Shown here: piece after piece, positions 34,101 to 42,033 of the stretch
How the letters are laid out: every line of letters begins with the position of its first letter
Position numbering within the stretch: the first letter of the stretch is position 1
Origin: Eukaryota sp. GEM-RC1
Taxonomy: Eukaryota
Assembly: GCA_040285855.1 (NCBI GenBank)
Contig: JAUFOQ010000017.1
Span: 1,798,001-1,840,033 of the forward strand
Direction of reading: 5' to 3'
Length of the DNA: 42,033 nt
Position numbers and translations under genes: made by a program
Notes under the pieces: model-generated
Told to the model about the DNA's origin: nothing
The model's input: only the letters and a program-made list of their open reading frames with translations
The model's database searches: none

Positions 34101-37100
34101 TATAAAGAATAGTCAATATCCTAACACTAAATACATTGACACGTCATCATGACAATACACTGGCTTCTTCTATTTTCTTTTTTTCCTCTGAGGTTGCTTC
34201 AATTTATGATCTTTCATATAATTGATGAGTTTTGCATCATTCTTCAGATTTTCACGAGGTTCCCAAGTTTCTACCTTACCTAACCATCTTATGAGAAACC
34301 AATATCCGTCCGAAAGCATCATATGCTCTTTAATCTCATCTATAACGAATTCATTAAGATCAGTTGCGGCAACTTCTATCAAAGAGTGCACTTCGTTACC
34401 TGAGTGGTAGTAGGGAATTAATTAGTGTTTGTTTGCAAGATAAGTAGCATTGGAGGTTAAGCTGGCAATCATTTAACTGTTGGAACCCACTAAAGACACG
34501 ATTTGGAAAGGACCTTCATGTCCATGAAGTTTTCCAAAACGTTTAGGACTAAATCTTAATACTAAATCTCCGATCTGAAAGCGTTGTTCATCTGGCTGAT
34601 TGGACAGAAGTTTATCAAGGTAATGTTCATGATCAGTTCTCGCTTGTTTGGCTTTGTCCATAATTACAGCAGTCATATTACGAATATAAGTGATTGTATC
34701 ATCTTCTTTTCTAAGGGTAATTGGACATTGACAGGTTCGGTTAATGATTGTAGAGCTTCAAGTAAGTTTCTTCGAGGGGAAGTGTCGGAACCAAATATGA
34801 TTTCGTTTGGAGTTGCGTTAGTGATAGAACATTTTGTCGAATTCAGAGTAAGTTGTACAAGGGGAATAAGGAACGACCAGGATTGATAGAGATTGAAGTC
34901 TTTCATGAAATTGACTGAACCAAGGAATGATTTCAACTGTTTCGCGTTTGCAGGGGCTGGTAATTCTAAAATTGATTTCACTCGATCAGGGTCTAAAAAT
35001 TTCTGATGGTTTTGATAGATAAAGCCAAAAAGGTGGATAGGCACTGAGAAATGGACTAGTCTGCTTTTCTTTGGGGCCAATCGAATATTGTACTTGATAC
35101 ACAGCTTGAGAATCTTTTCGATACCTGTTAAAAAATTTTCTTCTGATTTGGCAGCGAGTACGATGTTATCGATAGACACAAAGGTTTGATGATCTCGAAA
35201 AATTTCGTCCATTAGGTTTTGGAATATAGCGGGAATATTAGTGAGACCGAAAGAGGCTCGACAGAATTCAATAGCCATTCCAGGAATTGCAACTGCAGTT
35301 TTGGGAATGTCATTTTCGGCAATTGGCATTTGATAATATGCCCTTGGCAGATCAAATTCTGCAATGGGCGTCTACTAACATAGAATCAATCTCCGACATC
35401 AAGGGCAAATTTGCAGGAATAAGAATCGTATTAGCATTGATTCCTTAAACACCCGAATAATCTCCGCATATTCTGGGCTTTTTGTTCTTGTATTCCACGT
35501 ATACTATTGGGGATTTGTGTTTTCGAGAAGATACTTCTGCGATTCCTTTCTTGATAAAGTCTTCGAACTGTTTCATGGCTTCTTGGAGTCTTGAGGGCTT
35601 CAATGGTCTGGGCTCAAACCATACCTTCTTAGATTCGTCTTTGAAAGGAATGGTCATTGGAGTAACCTTCATTTCTTCAGCTGGAAATTCAGGGTTGAAA
35701 ACTTCCGAGTACTTCTCAAGAAGTTTATGAGAATTTTCTACGAGTTGAGGATTCAATTTCTTGATTTCTATTTCGCGATGGAATGATACACTGTCCTAGT
35801 ACAAACAGAAAGAGGGTCTGGAATCTCAGTGTCGTCATCTTCTTGGAAGTTTTCCAGCTCGATGTGAATCCCTTTTTCAGTCATCAGCCCTAATCTTGTC
35901 AAATTATCAGCTCCAATAAGAACGCGTTCAATACCAGAAAAAACTATAAGAGAAGTATCGATAATCAATCGGCCTGCTGCTCCTTTTACAAGAATCGAAA
36001 GTTTACAGCGTATTTCACCGATTACGTTAGCATCGTTTCCATCGGCGGTTTCCAGCGATTGTTGAGTGGGAATGAAGGGAAGAGATAAACGTTGAGCTAG
36101 GTCGTGGCTGATTGTGGAGGTTTGTGCACCGGAATCCAAGATACATGGGAGATCAAAATTGTTAATTGTGACAGTAGTTTGTAAGAGGGAAGATGGTTCA
36201 GTAACTAAGCAGTTTGAGTACATAGGTTCGTTGTTTCCAAATAAGCCGTGAGAAAAAAGCGGTCTGGACTGGGCTTCACGTGGTTCATCCTTAATTTTTT
36301 CTTGGGACAGTGGAGAGCGATGTGACCAGGTTGGTGGCAGTACCAACAATTTCTTTTATTAATGTCTTCTCTTCTTTGATCCTGCTTCTTCATTTGTTCC
36401 TTTGAGGATTCATTTCTGAATGATGGTCTTTCTGTGCGTCTTTGGAAGTATTGCTTCTTAGTTGAATGACTGAATTGGTCATACTGGAGGTAGAGCTCTA
36501 ATGCTTCTGAGGAAATCTTGGCTAGTGTTGCCTCTTCTGATTGGATTTCTTCTTGCGTTCGACGGCGAACAAAGTTAGGACGTAGACCTTCAAATTTCTG
36601 CAGGGACCATTGATCTGGTAGTTTTAGCGACTTTCATCGAGCCTGTCAGTCGTAAAATTTGCCAAGATAATGAGTGAATCGATCATTGGGATGGTCTTGG
36701 CTTAAAGTCAAGTGGATTTTTTAAACATGGCAGTGACTTCTGCGGCGGAACTGAATTGATAACTTTCTTCGAGGTAGTTCAATAGGGCTTCGTCTGAATC
36801 TTGAACACCTGGTTGCCATTCGTTGAGTATCGACAAATAGCGGGCACTTACACAAGCTCTAAGAGGTACTTGCTCGGAACCGGGAACTAGTTTTACGTAT
36901 TGTTTGAATTCACATACGAAAGAATAAATCGACTTTATCTGAAAGAGACTCAAGCTTTGGAGGCCTGATCTGGAAGTTTGGGGTCATTGCCAGGAGTGAT
37001 CACTGTGGCTTCTGGAACTAAAGACTAGACATTTATAAAGAATAGTCAATATCCTAACACTAAATACATTGACACGTCATCATGACAATACACTGGCTTC

Positions 37101-38426
37101 TTCTATTTTCTTTTCTTCCTCTGAGGTTGCTTCAATTTATGATCTTTCATATAATTGATGAGTTTTACATCATTCTTCAGATTTTCACGAGGTTCCCAAG
37201 TTTCTACCTTACCTAACCATCTTATGAGAAACCAATATCCGTCCGAAAGCATCATATGCTCTTTAATCTCATCTATAACGAATTCATTAAGATCAGTTGC
37301 GGCAACTTCTATCAAAGAGTGCACTTCGTTACCTGAGTGGTAGTAGGGAATTAATTAATGTTTGTTTGCAAGATAAGTAGCATTGGAGGTTAAGCTGGCA
37401 ATCATTTAACTGTTGGAACCCACTAAAGACACGATTTGGAAAGGACCTTCATGTCCATGAAGTTTTCCAAAACGTTTAGGACTAAATCTTAATACTAAAT
37501 CTCCGATCTGAAAGCGTTGTTCATCTGGCTGATTGGACAGAAGTTTATCAAGGTAATGTTCATGATCAGTTCTCGCTTGTTTGGCTTTGTCCATAATTAC
37601 AGCAGTCATATTACGAATATAAGTGATTGTATCATCTTCTTTTTCTAAGGGTATTTGGACATTGACAGGTTCGGTTAATGATTGTAGAGCTTCAAGTAAG
37701 TTTCTTCGAGGGGAAGTGTCGGAACCAAATATGATTTCGTTTGGAGTTGCGTTAGTGATAGAACATTTTGTCGAATTCAGAGTAAGTTGTACAAGGGGAA
37801 TAAGAAACGACCAGGATTGATAGAGATGATTGAAGTCTTTCATGAAATTGACTGAACCAAGGAATGATTTCAACTGTTTCGCGTTTGCAGGGGCTGGTAA
37901 TCCTAAAATTGATTTCACTCGATCAGGGTCTAAAAATTTCTGATGGTTTTGATAGATAAAGCCAAAAAGGTGGATAGGCACTGAGAAATGGACTAGTCTG
38001 CTTTTCTTTGGGGCCAATCGAATATTGTACTTGATACACAGCTTGAGAATCTTTTCGATACCTGTTAAAAAATTTTCTTCTGATTTGGCAGCGAGTACGA
38101 TGTTATCGATAGACACAAAGGTTTGATGATCTCGAAAAATTTCGTCCATTAGGTTTTGGAATATAGCGGGAATATTAGTGAGACCGAAAGAGGCTCGACA
38201 GCATTCAATAGCCATTCCAGGAATTGCAACTGCAGTTTTGGGAATGTCATTTTCGGCAATTGGCATTTGATAATATGCCCTTGGCAGATCAAATTCTGCA
38301 ATGGGCGTCTACTAACATAGAATGAATCTCCGACATCAAGGGCAAATTTGCAGGAATAAGAATCGTATTAGCATTGATTCCTTAAACACCCGAATAATCT
38401 CCGCATATTCTGGGCTTTTTGTTCTT
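31138..38426 (-). mobile_element. Head-to-tail array of a deleted Ty3/Gypsy chromovirus, 2,933-bp unit, ~2.5 copies
   Basis: Units start at 31138, 34071 and 37004. Each full unit has a gag fragment, CWYCHQPGHIALHC, protease ILDSGAQTS, RT (RICGDY..FVSIDNIVL, catalytic YxDD lost), deletion of RNase H and integrase core, integrase C-terminus (TPNEIIFG, EGPFQIV) and chromodomain (FLIRWLG..TWEPRENL). Confidence 0.94.
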
Positions 38427-38578
38427 AGTTTATGTCGTGCAACAACAAAGGAAATCTCACGTCATCATTCTCTTGCTTTAGAGTTTCCGATGTATTAGAG
38501 TTAACAGCTGATATGGTGAACAACACTTTCTCAATCAAGGAAATCACTTCAGGATGTGTTCACTTGAACACCCAGTTA
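38427..38578 (+). pseudogene. SPRY-domain gene fragment, paralogous to the kinase C-terminus, truncated by the telomere
   Basis: GNLTSSFSCFRVSDVLELTADMVNNTFSIKEITSGCVHLNTQL aligns without gaps to GNLTGQGDVWNADEVLEIVADMRTNFFTIQSIDCNKINLSCKL (ORF 20364-21116). Confidence 0.8.
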
Positions 38579-41500
38579 GGGTTAGGGTTAGGGTTAGGGT
38601 TAGGGTTAGGGTTAGGGTTAGGGTTAGGGTTAGGGTTAGGGTTAGGGTTAGGGTTAGGGTTAGGGTTAGGGTTAGGGTTAGGGTTAGGGTTAGGGTTAGG
38701 GTTAGGGTTAGGGTTAGGGTTAGGGTTAGGGTTAGGGTTAGGGTTAGGGTTAGGGTTAGGGTTAGGGTTAGGGTTAGGGTTAGGGTTAGGGTTAGGGTTA
38801 GGGTTAGGGTTAGGGGTTAGGGTTAGGGTTAGGGTTAGGGTTAGGGTTAGGGTTAGGGTTAGGGTTAGGGTTAGGGTTAGGGTTAGGGTTAGGGTTAGGG
38901 TTAGGGTTAGGGTTAGGGTTAGGGTTAGGGTTAGGGTTAGGGTTAGGGTTAGGGTTAGGGTTAGGGTTAGGGTTAGGGTTAGGGTTAGGGTTAGGGTTAG
39001 GGTTAGGGTTAGGGTTAGGGTTAGGGTTAGGGTTAGGGTTAGGGTTAGGGTTAGGGTTAGGGTTAGGGTTAGGGTTAGGGTTAGGGTTAGGGTTAGGGTT
39101 AGGGTTAGGGTTAGGGTTAGGGTTAGGGTTAGGGTTAGGGTTAGGGTTAGGGTTAGGGTTAGGGTTAGGGTTAGGGTTAGGGTTAGGGTTAGGGTTAGGG
39201 TTAGGGTTAGGGTTAGGGTTAGGGTTAGGGTTAGGGTTAGGGTTAGGGTTAGGGTTAGGGTTAGGGTTAGGGTTAGGGTTAGGGTTAGGGTTAGGGTTAG
39301 GGTTAGGGTTAGGGTTAGGGTTAGGGTTAGGGTTAGGGTTAGGGTTAGGGTTAGGGTTAGGGTTAGGGTTAGGGTTAGGGTTAGGGTTAGGGTTAGGGTT
39401 AGGGTTAGGGTTAGGGTTAGGGTTAGGGTTAGGGTTAGGGTTAGGGTTAGGGTTAGGGTTAGGGTTAGGGTTAGGGTTAGGGTTAGGGTTAGGGTTAGGG
39501 TTAGGGTTGGGGTTAGGAGTTAGGGTTAGGGGTTAGGAGTTAGGAGGGTTAGGGTTAGGGTTAGGGTTAGGGTTAGGGTTAGGAGTTAGGAGTTAGGGTT
39601 AGGAGTTAGGGTTAGGAGTTGGGAGTTAGGAGTTAGGAGTTAGGGTTAGGGTTAGGGTTAGGGTTAGGGTTAGGGTTAGGGTTAGGGTTAGGGTTAGGGT
39701 TAGGGTTAGGGTTAGGGTTAGGGTTAGGGTTAGGGTTAGGGTTAGGAGTTAGGAGTTAGGAGTTAGGAGTTAGGAGTTAGGAGTTAGGGTTAGGAGTTAG
39801 GGTTAGGGGTTAGGAGTTAGGAGTTAGGGTTAGGAGTTAGGGTTAGGGTTAGGGTTAGGGTTAGGGTTAGGGTTAGGGTTAGGGTTAGGGTTAGGGTTAG
39901 GGTTAGGGTTAGGGTTAGGGTTAGGGTTAGGAGTTAGGAGTTAGGAGTTAGGGAGTTAGGGTTAGGGTTAGGAGTTAGGAGTTAGGAGTTAGGAGTTAGG
40001 GTTAGGGTTAGGGTTAGGAGTTAGGAGTTAGGGTTAGGAGTTAGGAGTTAGGGTTAGGAGTTAGGGTTAGGGTTAGGGTTAGGAGTTAGGGTTAGGGTTA
40101 GGGTTAGGAGTTAGGGTTAGGAGTTAGGAGTTAGGGTTAGGAGTTAGGGTTAGGGTTAGGGTTAGGGTTAGGAGTTAGGGTTAGGAGTTAGGGTTAGGAG
40201 TTAGGGTTAGGAGTTAGGGTTAGGAGTTAGGAGTTAGGGTTAGGGTTAGGGTTAGGGTTAGGAGTTAGGAGTTAGGGTTAGGAGTTAGGAGGTTAGGAGT
40301 TAGGAGTTAGGAGTTAGGAGTTAGGAGTTAGGAGTTAGGAGTTAGGGTTAGGAGTTAGGGTTAGGAGTTAGGAGTTAGGGGTTAGGAGTTAGGAGTTAGG
40401 AGTTAGGAGTTAGGGTTAGGAGTTAGGAGTTAGGGTTAGGAGTTAGGAGTTAGGAGTTAGGGTTAGGAGTTAGGAGTTAGGGTTAGGAGTTAGGGTTAGG
40501 TTAGGAGTTAGGAGTTAGGGTTAGGAGTTAGGAGTTAGGAGTTAGGAGTTAGGAGTTAGGAGTTAGGAGTTAGGAGTTAGGAGTTAGGAGTTAGGGTTAG
40601 GAGTTAGGAGTTAGGGTTAGGAGTTAGGAGTTAGGAGTTAGGAGTTAGGAGTTAGGAGTTAGGAGTTAGGAGTTAGGAGTTAGGAGTTAGGAGTTAGGAG
40701 TTAGGAGTTAGGAGTTAGGAGTTAGGAGTTAGGAGTTAGGAGTTAGGAGTTAGGAGTTAGGAGTTAGGAGTTAGGAGTTAGGGTTAGGAGTTAGGAGTTA
40801 GGAGTTAGGAGTTAGGGTTAGGGAGTTAGGAGTTAGGAGTTAGGAGTTAGGAGTTAGGAGTTAGGAGTTAGGGTTAGGAGTTAGGGTTAGGAGTTAGGAG
40901 TTAGGAGTTAGGAGTTAGGAGTTAGGAGTTAGGAGTTAGGAGTTAGGAGTTAGGAGTTAGGAGTTAGGAGTTAGGAGTTAGGAGTTAGAGTTAGGAGTTA
41001 GGAGTTAGGAGTTAGGAGTTAGGAGTTAGGAGTTAGGAGTTAGGGTTAGGAGTTAGGAGTTAGGAGTTAGGAGTTAGGAGTTAGGAGTTAGGAGTTAGGA
41101 GTTAGGAGTTTAGGGGTTAGGAGTTAGGAGTTAGGAGTTAGGGTTAGGAGTTAGGAGTTAGGAGTTAGGAGTTAGGGTTAGGAGTTAGGAGTTAGGGTTA
41201 GGAGTTAGGAGTTAGGAGTTAGGGTTAGGGTTAGGAGTTAGGGTTAGGAGTTAGGAGTTAGGAGTTAGGAGTTAGGAGTTAGGTTAGGGTTAGGAGTTAG
41301 GAGTTAGGAGTTAGGAGGTTAGGAGTTAGGGTTAGGGTTAGGAGTTAGGGTTAGGAGTTAGGAGTTAGGAGTTAGGAGTTAGGGTTAGGAGTTAGGAGTT
41401 AGGAGTTAGGAGTTAGGAGTTAGGAGTTAGGAGTTAGGGTTAGGAGTTAGGAGTTAGGAGTTAGGAGTTAGGAGTTAGGAGTTAGGAGTTAGGAGTTAGG

Positions 41501-42033
41501 GAGTTAGGAGTTAGGAGTTAGGAGTTAGGAGTTAGGAGTTAGGAGTTAGGAGTTAGGGTTAGGAGTTAGGGGTTAGGAGTTAGGAGTTAGGGTTAGGAGT
41601 TAGGAGTTAGGAGTTAGGGGTTAGGAGTTAGGAGTTAGGAGTTAGGAGTTAGGAGTTAGGGTTAGGAGTTAGGAGTTAGGAGTTAGGAGTTAGGAGTTAG
41701 GAGTTAGGAGTTAGGAGTTAGGAGTTAGGAGTTAGAAGGTTAGGAGTTAGGAGTTAGGAGTTAGGAGTTAGGGAGTTAGGAGTTAGGAGTTAGGAGTTAG
41801 GGAGTTAGAGTTAGGAGTTAGGAGTTAGGAGTTAGGAGTTAGGAAGGTTAGGAGTTAGGAGTTAGGGTTAGGAGTTAGGAGTTAGAGTTAGGAGTTAGGA
41901 GTTAGGAGTTAGGAGTTAGGGTTAGGAGGAAAGGGTTAGGAGTTAAAGTTAGAAAGTTAGGAGTTAGGAGTTAGGGTTAAAGTTAGGAGTTAGGAGTTGG
42001 AGTTAGGAGTTAGGAGTTAGGAGTTAGGGTTAA
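38575..42033 (+). repeat. Telomere: (TTAGGG)n to ~39507, then mixed and finally mostly (TTAGGAG)n
   Basis: G-rich strand runs 5'->3' toward the end of the sequence, as expected for a chromosome terminus. Confidence 0.97.

Noticed and set aside
38432..39523. 363-aa LG/VR-repeat ORF
   Set aside because: Translation of TTAGGG repeats; only the first ~49 codons (SPRY fragment) are meaningful.

Overview
AT-rich eukaryotic (protist-like) chromosome end. The window runs through a transposon-dense subtelomere into a ~3.45 kb telomere, (TTAGGG)n grading into (TTAGGAG)n. Host genes are a RING-kinase-SPRY gene, RPS16 (29-nt intron), a short CSL4, a GH25-lysozyme-like relic and one hypothetical gene. 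Main feature: the kinase gene is split by a ~17 kb insertion (3219-20275) bounded by a CTCCGTT direct repeat. The insertion carries a PIF1 helicase, a Ty3/Gypsy Gag-protease joined to a beta-propeller/degenerate helicase-C gene, and what reconstructs as one ~2,000-aa polyprotein: 33-aa repeats, two Ulp1/C48 protease domains, a dead PolB-type exonuclease, a Fanzor1 RNA-guided nuclease with intact RuvC triad, and a zinc knuckle. A structured putative omegaRNA follows and ends exactly at the element's right boundary. A 59-bp insert containing telomeric repeats sits 20 nt into the predicted guide/target, and the telomere itself is joined mid-gene to a paralogous SPRY domain. Also present: several hAT elements/MITEs with 8-bp TSDs, a Tc1/mariner-type MITE, RLE-type non-LTR fragments, a second decayed Fanzor1 and a 2,933-bp tandem array of a deleted chromovirus. 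RPS16 has a single-base homopolymer frameshift, so many frameshifts here are probably sequencing errors. All calls are by-eye motif recognition; no database searches were run.
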